Assembly: GCA_041661005.1 (NCBI GenBank)
Contig: JBAZVG010000001.1
Location: forward strand, 72,019-112,115
DNA: 40,097 nucleotides
From: Minisyncoccota bacterium
GTDB taxonomy: Bacteria; Patescibacteriota; Minisyncoccia; Phycocordibacterales; UBA9973
Direction: 5' to 3'
This document shows, in pieces, positions 8,598 to 18,251 of the stretch. The notes beneath the pieces were generated by a model that was given only the letters and a program-made list of their open reading frames with translations, made no database searches and had not been told where the DNA came from. The position numbers and the translations under genes were made by a program. Position 1 is the first letter of the stretch; every line of letters begins with the position of its first letter.

Positions 8598-9080
8598 ATG
8601 AAAATTTTTATTGGAACAGATCATGCGGGTTATGTGCTAAAGGAGAAACTTGTGTCGTCTTTAAGGGGAGAGGGGCACGAGGTTGTGGATAAAGGTGCAT
8701 ACGAGTACAACGAACACGACGATTATCCTGATTTTGTTATTCCAGTTGCGCAAGAGGTGAGCCAGGATTCAAATAATACTAAAGGAATTATTTTAGGTGG
8801 TACGGGGGAAGGAGAAGCTATCGCAGCCAATAAATTTCCCAACGTTCGAGCGGTGGTTTTTTATGGCGATGCAAAGCCTATTGTAGATGATGAATCAAAT
8901 ATTATAGTCAGGTCAAGACAACACAACAATTCAAATATTCTTTCTCTGGGTGCTAGATATTTCACAGAAGAAAGCGTGATGGAAGCTGTCAATCTTTGGC
9001 TCAATACTCCTTTCAGTGAAGATGAAAGACACATTCGTAGGTTGGGGAAGATAGACAAAATTCAAATAAACAAAAAATAG
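8598..9080 (+). CDS. rpiB: ribose-5-phosphate isomerase B (RpiB/LacA/LacB family)
   Basis: IGTDHAGY, DDYPDF, GGTGEGEAIAANK, RQHNNSNILSLGAR, RHIRRL. Confidence 0.95.
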   Translation: MKIFIGTDHAGYVLKEKLVSSLRGEGHEVVDKGAYEYNEHDDYPDFVIPVAQEVSQDSNNTKGIILGGTGEGEAIAANKFPNVRAVVFYGDAKPIVDDESNIIVRSRQHNNSNILSLGARYFTEESVMEAVNLWLNTPFSEDERHIRRLGKIDKIQINKK

Positions 9081-9089
9081 ACAAAACTC

Positions 9090-9797
9090 ATGAGTGAGAT
9101 AATACCGGCAATTTTAGAAAAAAATTTTAGCGAGATAAAAAATAAGCTTACAGCCTTGCGCGAACAGGTGAAATGCGTGCATATAGATATCTGCGACGGG
9201 GTAGCAGTGCCGAGCCAGACGTGGCCTTTTTCTTCGGGTGGGTTTGATGATTTTGATTTTCGAAAAATTATAAACGAAGAGGAGGGGATGCCCTTTTGGG
9301 AAGAATTTGATTTTGAATTTGATCTTATGGTGGCGGATGCGGTGGAGAATTTTGATTTATACATGAAGCTTGGACCAAAGAGAATTATTTTTCATCCAAA
9401 CATAGGAGGTGAGAGAGGTAAAATTGAAGAATTTGAGAATTTTTTGGAAGGTCTGGATATGTATATACGCGATAATGTAGAGATAGGTATTGCTTTTAGG
9501 CCAAGTGATGATTTGACTGTTGTTTCTAAACTTTCACATAAAGCTGACTTTTTACATTGTATGGGTTCTGACAAGATTGGTCTTCAAGGAGAACCTTTTA
9601 GTGAAAAGGCACTAGAGAATATAAAATATTTAAAGAAAAATTTATCTGGGGTAGTTATATCTGTAGATATTGGTATTAACTTGCAAAATGCGGAAAGAAT
9701 ATTAGATGCCGGCGCAGACAGGCTCACTATAGGTTCTGGTATCTGGAAAAGTTCTGACCCAATCGGCGCGCTCCAAAGTTTCCAAAATTTGGTATAA
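9090..9797 (+). CDS. rpe: ribulose-phosphate 3-epimerase, divergent
   Basis: IIPAIL, HIDICDG, SVDIGIN, GADRLTIGS; lies between rpiB and transketolase. Confidence 0.8.
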   Translation: MSEIIPAILEKNFSEIKNKLTALREQVKCVHIDICDGVAVPSQTWPFSSGGFDDFDFRKIINEEEGMPFWEEFDFEFDLMVADAVENFDLYMKLGPKRIIFHPNIGGERGKIEEFENFLEGLDMYIRDNVEIGIAFRPSDDLTVVSKLSHKADFLHCMGSDKIGLQGEPFSEKALENIKYLKKNLSGVVISVDIGINLQNAERILDAGADRLTIGSGIWKSSDPIGALQSFQNLV

Positions 9798-9847
9798 CTC
9801 GGTAGTATAGCTTTTGTCTTTGATAAAAGTCTCACTACCGAGTATAA
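9793..9847. repeat. intergenic hairpin overlapping the transketolase -10 box
   Basis: ctcggtagt...actaccgag outer arms and cttttgtc/gataaaag inner arms; TATAAT at 9843-9848. Confidence 0.55.
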
Positions 9848-9854
9848 TTGAATT

Positions 9855-10757
9855 ATGTTTTTAACTGACACTAAAATAAAAGAACTCGAAATCAAAGCTA
9901 ACGAGATTCGTAAAAGTATTATCGAGATGCTCTTGGAGGCGGGGAGCGGACATACGGCTGGACCGCTTGGCATGGCGGATGTTTTTACTCTGTTTTATTT
10001 TCATGTCTTAAAACATGATCCAAAAAATCCATCGTGGGAAGAGAGGGACAGATTGGTGCTGTCAAATGGGCACATTTGCCCGGTGTTGTATGCAACAATG
10101 GCGCACGCTGGGTATTTTCCGATTGAAGAATTAAAAACTTTGCGTAAGTTTGGCACCCGGCTTCAAGGGCATCCACACAGAGAATATCTTTCAATGCTTG
10201 AAAATTCTTCCGGACCGCTTGGCGCTGGACTCTCGCAGGCGACAGGCATGGCGCTTGCTGATAGAATGGATGGAAAGGACCAAGATCGATTTATTTATTG
10301 TTTCATGTCTGATGGTGAGCAGGATGAAGGAAATTCTTGGGAAGCGATAATGTTTGCTGGAAAGAATAAATTGCGAAACTTGATTGCCGTGGTAGATAGA
10401 AATAATATTCAGATAGATGGCTTTACGGAAAACATTATGCCTTTAGAGCCACTAGCTGATAAGTGGCGAGCTTTTAATTGGCATGTGATAGAGGTGGAGG
10501 GACATGATTTTAGAGCTCTAAACGAAGCGGTAGAAGAAGCACAGGCTATGTATGAAAAGCCTGCCTCGACTCGCGAAGACTCGTCGACGCGAGGCGGGCC
10601 GACAGTTATCATAGCGCATACGATTCCCGGCAAAGGTGTGCGCGAATTCGAAAGAGATTTTAGATGGCATGGAAAGACACCGAACAAAGAAGAGGCAAAG
10701 ATGGCATTGGATGAATTGCGAACATTATCAGGTAAAATAAGGAGCGAACATCAGTAA
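9855..10757 (+). CDS. transketolase, N-terminal (TPP-binding) subunit
   Basis: GSGH, RDRLVLSNGH, RLQGHP, SGPLG, SDGEQDEG...NN TPP motif, GKGV, WHG. Confidence 0.96.
   Translation: MFLTDTKIKELEIKANEIRKSIIEMLLEAGSGHTAGPLGMADVFTLFYFHVLKHDPKNPSWEERDRLVLSNGHICPVLYATMAHAGYFPIEELKTLRKFGTRLQGHPHREYLSMLENSSGPLGAGLSQATGMALADRMDGKDQDRFIYCFMSDGEQDEGNSWEAIMFAGKNKLRNLIAVVDRNNIQIDGFTENIMPLEPLADKWRAFNWHVIEVEGHDFRALNEAVEEAQAMYEKPASTREDSSTRGGPTVIIAHTIPGKGVREFERDFRWHGKTPNKEEAKMALDELRTLSGKIRSEHQ
10560..10598. repeat. 39-bp CCTGCC...GGCGGG intragenic element in transketolase N
   Basis: cctgcctcgactcgcgaagactcgtcgacgcgaggcggg encodes PASTREDSSTRGG between EAQAMYEK and PTVIIAHT. Confidence 0.75.
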
Positions 10758-10759
10758 TT

Positions 10760-11752
10760 ATGCTTAACCCAAATTTAAAATTAAATCCGAAAATTTTCAA
10801 TGAAGATGTTGAACAAGCGCCTATTCGAAAAGGTTTCGGAGAAGGTTTGCTCAAAGCGGGAGAAGGGAATGAGAACGTGGTGGCGTTATGCGCAGATCTG
10901 ACAGAGTCTACTCAGATGAATTCTTTTAAAGAAAAGTTTCCAGAGCGTTTTGTTGAAATCGGCGTAGCAGAACAAAATCTAGTTACGGTTGCTTCTGGTA
11001 TGGCAGCGATGGGCAAGATCCCTTTTTGTTCTTCTTATGCGATGTTTTCCCCAGGTAGAAATTGGGAACAGATAAGGACGACAATAGCTTACAATGACAG
11101 AAAAGTAGTCATAGTGGGTTCTCATGCAGGCATTTCCGTTGGACCCGATGGTGGCACACACCAAGCGCTGGAAGATATAGCTTTGATGCGAGTTGTGCCG
11201 AATATGGATGTCGTATCTCCTTGTGACGCCATTGAAGCCAAAAAGGCGACGCTTGCTCTCACAAAGGGTAAGAAACCGGCATATCTGCGTTTAGTTCGAG
11301 AAAAAACTCCAATCATAACTACAGAAGAAACTCCTTTTGAGATAGGAAAGGCGGAGATTTATTGGATGCCGGATGTGGGACTCGCGCAAGTAGGGATAAT
11401 TGTTACAGGCGGGCTGACATATCGCGCGTTGCTTGTGGCTAAAGAATTAGAGGCTGAGGGTGTGAAAACAAAAGTTATGAATTTATCCAGTGTAAAACCT
11501 CTTGATGAAAAAGCTATTGTAGCTTTAGCTCGAGAAACTAAAAGAATTGTGACAGTTGAGGAACATCAAGTGGCGGGGGGAATGGGAGGAGCTGTGGCCG
11601 AAATTTTAGCAACGAATTATCCAGTGGCCATAGAATTCATAGGAGTGCAAGATAAATTCGGCCAATCAGGTACGCCAAATGAGCTCGTAGAACATTACGG
11701 TATGGGTAAAGATTCTATAAAAAAAGCTGTGCGAAAAATTTTAGACAGGTAG
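10760..11752 (+). CDS. transketolase, C-terminal subunit
   Basis: ADLTEST, GVAEQNL, GPDGGTHQALED, YLRL, VEEHQVAGGMG, DKFGQSG. Confidence 0.96.
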   Translation: MLNPNLKLNPKIFNEDVEQAPIRKGFGEGLLKAGEGNENVVALCADLTESTQMNSFKEKFPERFVEIGVAEQNLVTVASGMAAMGKIPFCSSYAMFSPGRNWEQIRTTIAYNDRKVVIVGSHAGISVGPDGGTHQALEDIALMRVVPNMDVVSPCDAIEAKKATLALTKGKKPAYLRLVREKTPIITTEETPFEIGKAEIYWMPDVGLAQVGIIVTGGLTYRALLVAKELEAEGVKTKVMNLSSVKPLDEKAIVALARETKRIVTVEEHQVAGGMGGAVAEILATNYPVAIEFIGVQDKFGQSGTPNELVEHYGMGKDSIKKAVRKILDR

Positions 11753-11769
11753 TATTTTATAAATCAATA

Positions 11770-12165
11770 TTAATTTTTTGCTTCTTTTCCTGTTCCTGGT
11801 CGAGCAGCTTCAAGACTCGCTATCCTTCCTCCCAGAAACTCTAATTCTCTTCCTATAGTTGCTATATTTTTTCCATCTCTACCGTTCCATAGTTCGCTTA
11901 TTTCTCCGAGTATTTTTCGAATCTCTCTTTCATTCTCGTTTATTGACCCTTTCTGCATTGGCATACCTCGATCGGCTCCATCTGTGGTTTCGATCATTTG
12001 TGATTCTAATCTTTCAAGGAGTTTTTGTGCTCTCCCTAAAAGATTTTGATATTTTAAATTAAGTTGGTCTTGAGCAGCTTCGGCTGTACTTATTCTTTCT
12101 GAAACATCTCTGGCAAACAAATCTTTGACTCTTTCAGGATGTGGTGCACTAAATTTTTTATCCAT
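11770..12165 (-). CDS. hypothetical coiled-coil protein
   Basis: 131-aa ORF fills the gap and is adjacent (2-bp gap) to the PfkB gene on the same strand; helical heptad character. Confidence 0.6.
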   Translation of the reverse strand: MDKKFSAPHPERVKDLFARDVSERISTAEAAQDQLNLKYQNLLGRAQKLLERLESQMIETTDGADRGMPMQKGSINENEREIRKILGEISELWNGRDGKNIATIGRELEFLGGRIASLEAARPGTGKEAKN

Positions 12166-12167
12166 GG

Positions 12168-13169
12168 TTATATTTTTTTAGCTTTATAACTTTCTGGCGC
12201 ATTTTTAAAATACTCTTCGAGTTTTTCTCGAGTCAAGAGTCCCTTTTGGGCGCCTATTTGTTGAACCACTGACATAGAATTTATCGGTCCCCAAGCGAAT
12301 GCTTCGAGTGGGGAGAGACCCAAAGCAAGTCCGGCGGTAAAAGTGGAAGAAAACGCGTCTCCTGCGCCAGTGCGTTCAAATGGCGGAGCAATATCTGGAT
12401 AAATAGGAATTAGCCAAAGTTCATTGTCTAAATAAAGATAAGCCCCATTCCCTCCATCGCTGATAGAAACTATTTTTGGACCTAGGGCCTGTATGCCTCT
12501 GGATAACGCCAAAATATCTCTAGTTTGAAGTCCGGAGATTGTTTCCGCTTCTTCAAGGTTGCAGAAAAATATTTCCGTGCGCGCGTAAATTTCTTTTAAT
12601 TTTTCTACGCCAAATTTTATCTGAAAAGTTCCCGGTTGAAAAGCGAGCTTTGTTTCTGGGTGTTCTTTTAAATATTCAATTATTTCTTTATGATAATCCA
12701 GAGAATTAGCAGCCAGTGAACTCAGATATATCCAAGATGCATCTCCTATTTTTGGAAATTTGTAATTAAATTCTGTATGTTTGACCAGGATCGTTCGGTC
12801 GATATCATACCAAAGGACATAATGATAGTTTGTCGTTTTATTATTTTCTGTTACGACATAATCTGTTATAATTTTTTCATTGTTCAAGGTGTTCAGGCAG
12901 TCTTTGCCATGTTTGTCGTCTCCAATGTGTGTGACGATAGCTGTATTTAGCCCGAGGCGCGCAGCGGCGACAGCGGCATTGGGGCTATTGCCAACGGCTG
13001 GGATGATGTGTGTAGATTCATACGGGACCTTGTCTCCAAAACGCACGCATAGCTCACAGGCGTCGGAATCTATTTTACAGTGCACATGCGCGTCTTTTAT
13101 TCTTATAAATGAGTCTATAACGATATCCCCAATTGCCAAGAAATCTATTTTCTTCTCTTTTTCGCTCAT
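12168..13169 (-). CDS. PfkB family carbohydrate kinase
   Basis: AIGDIVID, AVGNSPNAAVAAARLG, IGDDKHG, CNLEEA, SDGGNGA, RTGAGDAF. Start placed at MSEKEKK (13169) after TGcTACAAT. Confidence 0.93.
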   Translation of the reverse strand: MSEKEKKIDFLAIGDIVIDSFIRIKDAHVHCKIDSDACELCVRFGDKVPYESTHIIPAVGNSPNAAVAAARLGLNTAIVTHIGDDKHGKDCLNTLNNEKIITDYVVTENNKTTNYHYVLWYDIDRTILVKHTEFNYKFPKIGDASWIYLSSLAANSLDYHKEIIEYLKEHPETKLAFQPGTFQIKFGVEKLKEIYARTEIFFCNLEEAETISGLQTRDILALSRGIQALGPKIVSISDGGNGAYLYLDNELWLIPIYPDIAPPFERTGAGDAFSSTFTAGLALGLSPLEAFAWGPINSMSVVQQIGAQKGLLTREKLEEYFKNAPESYKAKKI

Positions 13170-13215
13170 GTTATTATTGTAGCATATTATTTTATAAGAT
13201 ATAAATAGTCGTGAT

Positions 13216-14634
13216 ATGCTTAAAAAAGTATTTCTATTAACTATTGTTTTGTTTTTCAGCGCCAGGTTTGCATACGCGGAGGTGGTCATAAATGAAGTTC
13301 AAGTAAAACCTGTTGGGGAAAGTTTTATAGAACTTCACAATATAGACGCTTCTCAAGATTTAACTGGCTGGTCGCTCAAGCGCAAGACTGCGAGTGGAAC
13401 AGAGTATCCGCTTGTTTCGGCAAGCCGTTTGGAAGGCAAGTCTATTTCAGCCGGCGACTATTTTTTATTGGCCAATGAAAATTATGCAGGAGGTAGCGCG
13501 CCAGATATAACATGGGCTAAATCATATAACCTTGCAAATGACAACTCGGTTCTCCTGTATGATGCAAACGGGACTCTAGTGGACGAGGTTGGCTGGGGAG
13601 ATGCGAGTGGTTGCGGAAGTTCTTGTCCATCCAATCCGGAAGAGGGGAAAAGCATTCAAAAGACTAGCGCCGGATCTTGGAATATGGCAGCACCGACGCC
13701 TAACGAGGAAAACGAAGCCACTAGCGTGTCTTTAACTAGCAATGACATTAACGAAGAAGAAAGCGAGGATAATTCAGCCGAATCAAAACCGAAAATTTCC
13801 GAGCCTCTCACAATCAAAGCAAAAATTTTAGTTAATACTTTGGCTTTTGCCGGACAGCCTCTTGAAATCAAGACCAATGTTTTTGGTTACTCGAACGAAA
13901 ATGTTGTTCTTGGCAGGGCTTATTGGAATTTTGGTGACGGCGAGTCGTTTGAGCAAGTAAATAATTTTGAGAAGTTTTACCATACATATTATTATCCGGG
14001 TGAGTATGCTCTTTTTTTAGAATATTATCAGAAAAAATCATCTCAAACTCCGGATGCGACAAGTAAGGTGACAATAAAAGTTCTTCCTGTGACTGTTACT
14101 ATCTCTAGAGTTGGAGATGCGAAAGATTTTTTTGTTGAACTTTCAAACAATGCCAACTCTGATATAGACATCTCAAACTGGGTCATAAGCGCCAATGGAA
14201 AAATTTTCACTTTACCGAGAAATAGCATAATTATGTCCAAGAAAATGATGACTATTTCCAGTAAGATTACCGGATTCAAATATGGCGATCAATATAATTT
14301 AAAACTTTCCTCCTCGACTGGGGAACTTGTCTTTGATTATCCAGCTTCGGTTCTTCCTCCAGTTAAAATTGCGATACAGCCGAAGGTCCCTTATGTGGCG
14401 GTTCAGCCATCAATAAAATCAATATCTGTTCCAGAAGAAGTTTCTGTTGAAAATTTATTAGCCTCTGCCGTCTCCGGTGAAGGTGAAATCGCAAAGAACA
14501 ATCCAATTCGCGCATACTTTTTTACGATTATCCTGACTGTTTTCCTCGGCGTCGGCGCCATCGCAGTATATTTTATCCGTCAAAAGAGGGTTGTCCTAGA
14601 AACTGGGAATGATTTTAAAATTTTAGACGAATAA
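13216..14634 (+). CDS. secreted, C-terminally anchored protein with lamin-tail domains and a PKD domain
   Basis: Signal peptide (AYA|E), VVINEV...FIELHN...DLTGWSL, WNFGDG...HTYYYPGEY, second LTD-like FVELSN...DISNW, C-terminal TM. Confidence 0.85.
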   Translation: MLKKVFLLTIVLFFSARFAYAEVVINEVQVKPVGESFIELHNIDASQDLTGWSLKRKTASGTEYPLVSASRLEGKSISAGDYFLLANENYAGGSAPDITWAKSYNLANDNSVLLYDANGTLVDEVGWGDASGCGSSCPSNPEEGKSIQKTSAGSWNMAAPTPNEENEATSVSLTSNDINEEESEDNSAESKPKISEPLTIKAKILVNTLAFAGQPLEIKTNVFGYSNENVVLGRAYWNFGDGESFEQVNNFEKFYHTYYYPGEYALFLEYYQKKSSQTPDATSKVTIKVLPVTVTISRVGDAKDFFVELSNNANSDIDISNWVISANGKIFTLPRNSIIMSKKMMTISSKITGFKYGDQYNLKLSSSTGELVFDYPASVLPPVKIAIQPKVPYVAVQPSIKSISVPEEVSVENLLASAVSGEGEIAKNNPIRAYFFTIILTVFLGVGAIAVYFIRQKRVVLETGNDFKILDE

Positions 14635-14657
14635 TTTATCATGCTATAATAGCTAAC

Positions 14658-16199
14658 ATGAATTTTTTTAACAAGATTTTTGGGTTTTTGAATAGGAAAA
14701 AATATATTTACGGGATAATTGCCTTTCTCCTGATTGTCGCTGTGATATTGATTTTTAACGATAAAAAGGCGGTGGATCAGACTTTTGCTGTCAAACATAC
14801 CGATTTTATCAATAAGGTATCTATTTCCGGAAAAGTTGTAGCGACAGAAGATGTTGATTTGAGTTTCAAAAGCGGAGGACGTATTGGGAGCATTTTCTTC
14901 TCAGTCGGACAGGGAGCAAAAAAAGAACAGATGATAAGGGTTGGAACTCTAATTGCAAAGATTGATACAAAAAATGCGGAAAAAGTTGTTCATGATGCAG
15001 AGATTGACCTAGAAAGCGCAAAATTATCTCTGGCAAAAATAAAAATTCAAAATTCAGATGAAGAAATGAATGCTGATTTAGTTAAAGCCTATGACGATGG
15101 TTTTACTGCAGTCTCGGATTCATTTTTAGATTTATCAACTATTGTAACCGGTCTGGATGATATTTTAAATGAAGAAAATGTTTCCGATAATACTGCGCGG
15201 GCTAGCGGACAGATCGCTTTAAATTATAAAAATGAATCCGAGAAACTATTTTATCAAGCCAGGAGCTCCCTTGAAAACAGCAGAAAGAAATTCAGATTGC
15301 TTAATCGAAGTTCTTCTAGGGTAGAAATCGAATCGATTATAAACGGGACTTATGAAACAGCAAAGATCTTTTCCAATGCCGTAAAAAGCGCGAAAAATCT
15401 GGTAGATTATTTATCGGATGATACAAGTAGAACTACGGAGTATGCTTCCTCCAAAGACACTCTTGCCGAATATACTGACGATATAAGTGGACATCTTGGG
15501 AGCCTGCTTTCTGTCCAGACGAGCATAAAAAATTCTAAAGATGCTTTTCCGAGCGCTAGTCTAGACATCCAAGACGCGTTGCTTTCTATAAAGCAAAAAG
15601 AAAATTCCGTGCAGGATGCAAAAAATAAATTGTCGGATTGTTATATTCGCGCGCCATTTGATGGAGTGATAACAAAGATAGACGCAAAAGTCGGCGAGAT
15701 TGCGACTGCGGATGTTCCCTTGATTACGATGATGAGCGTGGATAATTTTCAAATAGAAAGCTATGTGCCGGAGGTAAACATTGCCCAAATCAAGTTGGGC
15801 GATGAAGCTGTCAGCACCCTCGATGCCTATGGAGAAGACGTTTTATTTAATGCAAAGATAGTTTCAATAGACCCAGCAGAAACGATCAGGGATGGGGTTT
15901 CAACTTATAAAATAAAACTTCAATTCTCTGAGAAAGATGATCGCATAAAGTCAGGCATGACCGCAAATGTTTCAATAACAACCTTTAACAAGCTCAATGT
16001 TATAGTGATTCCCGGAGGAGTTATTTTTGAAAAAGGCGGAAAGAAGTTCGTACAAGTGAAAATTGGTGAAGAAATATCAGATCGGGAAGTTTTCTTGGGA
16101 AGTATTTCTTCTCTAGGTCAAACTGAGATTGTTTCGGGTCTTGCTGATGGTGATTTGGTCATCCTTAACCCGCCTAATTCTTTATCTTTAGTGGAATAA
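14658..16199 (+). CDS. efflux periplasmic adaptor subunit (HlyD/MacA-like)
   Basis: N-terminal TM, LSFKSGGRI, long coiled coil, IRAPFDGVI, VPEVNIAQIKLG, IKSGMTANV, GLADGDLVI. Confidence 0.9.
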   Translation: MNFFNKIFGFLNRKKYIYGIIAFLLIVAVILIFNDKKAVDQTFAVKHTDFINKVSISGKVVATEDVDLSFKSGGRIGSIFFSVGQGAKKEQMIRVGTLIAKIDTKNAEKVVHDAEIDLESAKLSLAKIKIQNSDEEMNADLVKAYDDGFTAVSDSFLDLSTIVTGLDDILNEENVSDNTARASGQIALNYKNESEKLFYQARSSLENSRKKFRLLNRSSSRVEIESIINGTYETAKIFSNAVKSAKNLVDYLSDDTSRTTEYASSKDTLAEYTDDISGHLGSLLSVQTSIKNSKDAFPSASLDIQDALLSIKQKENSVQDAKNKLSDCYIRAPFDGVITKIDAKVGEIATADVPLITMMSVDNFQIESYVPEVNIAQIKLGDEAVSTLDAYGEDVLFNAKIVSIDPAETIRDGVSTYKIKLQFSEKDDRIKSGMTANVSITTFNKLNVIVIPGGVIFEKGGKKFVQVKIGEEISDREVFLGSISSLGQTEIVSGLADGDLVILNPPNSLSLVE

Positions 16200-16200
16200 A

Positions 16201-17457
16201 ATGTTTTCTTCATTAAATATCCGCATTGGTTTTTTCTTGGCCAAGCGACAAATAAGAAGATCGAATCCATGGACTACTGTGCTCATAATTTTTGTGATGT
16301 TCTTCACCTTTCTTAATTTAGTCGTAGTGAGCGGGATTCTTGTGGGACTGATTCAGGGTGCCATCGACGCGGTGCGCACTCATTATACTAGTGACGTGAT
16401 TGTCTCCAGTTTGAACAACAAGACTTACATAGAAAACAGTCTTGACATCATCAGCATTATAAAATCAATACCGGAAGTTGAAGCTATGTCGGCGCGGTAT
16501 TTAGATGGGGGAACTCTAGAGGCAAATTATAAAACTCGTACTAATGAAAAAGAAAAACCAAATACTGCGGTTGCTTCTATCACCGGCATTGATCCGATAG
16601 CGGAAGATAAAGTGACCAACCTTTCAAAATTTATAGTCGAAGGGGAATATCTCGCTCCGGGAGATTACGACCAGGTATTGCTCGGAGCTTATCTTGATAA
16701 AAAATATTTACCGATTGATTCTCCGGGATTTACTGCCTTGAATAATGTGGAACCGGGTACAAAGATTCGCTTGAAAGTGCATGGAGTGGAGCGTGAAGTC
16801 ACCATCAAGGGGATTATAAAAGCTAAAGTTGACGAACTTAGTATGAGGGTTTTTATGGTTGATTCCCAATTGCGAAGCATGATCGGTCGCAATGATTATA
16901 ATGTGGCTGAAATATCAATTAAATTAAAACCGGGGACTGACCCCAATATCGTGCGGGATATTTTGAAGAGAAATGGAGCCGATCGGGTAGCGAAAGTTCA
17001 GACATATACTGATGCTCAACCAAAATTTATTAAAGATATGGTGGATACATTTGCTTTGCTTGGGAATATGCTTTCTTCGATCGGTCTTGTTGTCGCTTCG
17101 ATTACGATTTTTATCGTGATTTTTATAAATGCAATAACCAGAAGAAAGTTTATTGGAATTCTGAAAGGTATCGGCATCAACGAATCAGCTATTGAAATAT
17201 CATATATTTTGCAATCTTTCTTTTACGCATTTTGCGGTTCTCTCATAGGCATCATTGTGCTTTATGTATTTTTACAGCCTTTTGTGGCGTCTCACCCGAT
17301 TGATTTTCCTTTTAGTGATGGGATACTTGTTGCGCCCATAGGTGGCACGATGCTTAGGATAGGACTTTTAATGGTGACTACAATTATTGCTGGTTTTATT
17401 CCGGCACGGCTGGTTGTCCGCAAGAATACGCTGGATTCAATTTTAGGAAGAAACTGA
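16201..17457 (+). CDS. ABC transporter permease (FtsX/MacB/LolE-like)
   Basis: N-terminal TM, large extracytoplasmic loop, RRKFIGILKGIG, C-terminal TMs ending IPARLV. Confidence 0.9.
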   Translation: MFSSLNIRIGFFLAKRQIRRSNPWTTVLIIFVMFFTFLNLVVVSGILVGLIQGAIDAVRTHYTSDVIVSSLNNKTYIENSLDIISIIKSIPEVEAMSARYLDGGTLEANYKTRTNEKEKPNTAVASITGIDPIAEDKVTNLSKFIVEGEYLAPGDYDQVLLGAYLDKKYLPIDSPGFTALNNVEPGTKIRLKVHGVEREVTIKGIIKAKVDELSMRVFMVDSQLRSMIGRNDYNVAEISIKLKPGTDPNIVRDILKRNGADRVAKVQTYTDAQPKFIKDMVDTFALLGNMLSSIGLVVASITIFIVIFINAITRRKFIGILKGIGINESAIEISYILQSFFYAFCGSLIGIIVLYVFLQPFVASHPIDFPFSDGILVAPIGGTMLRIGLLMVTTIIAGFIPARLVVRKNTLDSILGRN

Positions 17458-17524
17458 TAAATATACTTGTCCCGTTCAAAATTCAACGAACAGGATATAA
17501 GAATAAAAATTATTAATTAAAATT

Positions 17525-18208
17525 TTGAATGGGATGATTGAAGTAAAAAATTTAAGGAAATCATTTAAAGATGGAGAGACTATAACAGAAGTTCTGAAAG
17601 GGATAGATTTCTTGGCGAAAAGCGGAGAATTTGTCGCGATTATGGGACGTTCGGGCGCCGGCAAGAGCACCCTTCTTTATCAAATGAGTCTTTTAGATGA
17701 GCCGACGTCTGGGCAAATTTATATAAATGAAAAAAATATGCTATCCCTAGGAACAAATGAGAAAACTTATTTTCGCCTTTCCGAATTGGGATATGTGTTT
17801 CAAGATTATGCTTTGCTTCCAGAAATGACAGCTCTCGAAAATGTTGTTTTACCTCTTTTAATGCAAAATGTTAAGGAGGAAAAAGCTTATCAGAAAGCGA
17901 CCGAAGCTTTGATTAAAGTGGGTCTGGAGAAAAGATTAAATAATTTGCCAAGTAAACTCTCTGGAGGAGAACAGCAGAGAGTGAGCATTGCGCGAGCTAT
18001 TGCCCATGAGCCTAAAATTCTTTTTGCTGATGAGCCGACTGCGAATCTGGACAATGAATCTTCGCGCATTGTTATGGATATTTTTAAAGAACTGCATAAA
18101 GGAGGACAGACCATCATCATGGTTACCCACGAGGTGGAATACAGTAAATTTGCAGAGAGGATAGTCCACTTGGATGATGGAAAAATTGTTTCAATAGAAA
18201 AGAATTAG
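17525..18208 (+). CDS. ABC transporter ATP-binding protein (LolD/MacB-like)
   Basis: GRSGAGKST, LSGGEQQR, LFADEPTANLD, MVTHE. Confidence 0.96.
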   Translation: MNGMIEVKNLRKSFKDGETITEVLKGIDFLAKSGEFVAIMGRSGAGKSTLLYQMSLLDEPTSGQIYINEKNMLSLGTNEKTYFRLSELGYVFQDYALLPEMTALENVVLPLLMQNVKEEKAYQKATEALIKVGLEKRLNNLPSKLSGGEQQRVSIARAIAHEPKILFADEPTANLDNESSRIVMDIFKELHKGGQTIIMVTHEVEYSKFAERIVHLDDGKIVSIEKN

Positions 18209-18251
18209 ATGTAAGTTTTGAAAATTATGATATTTTTGCTATATTCTTCAT

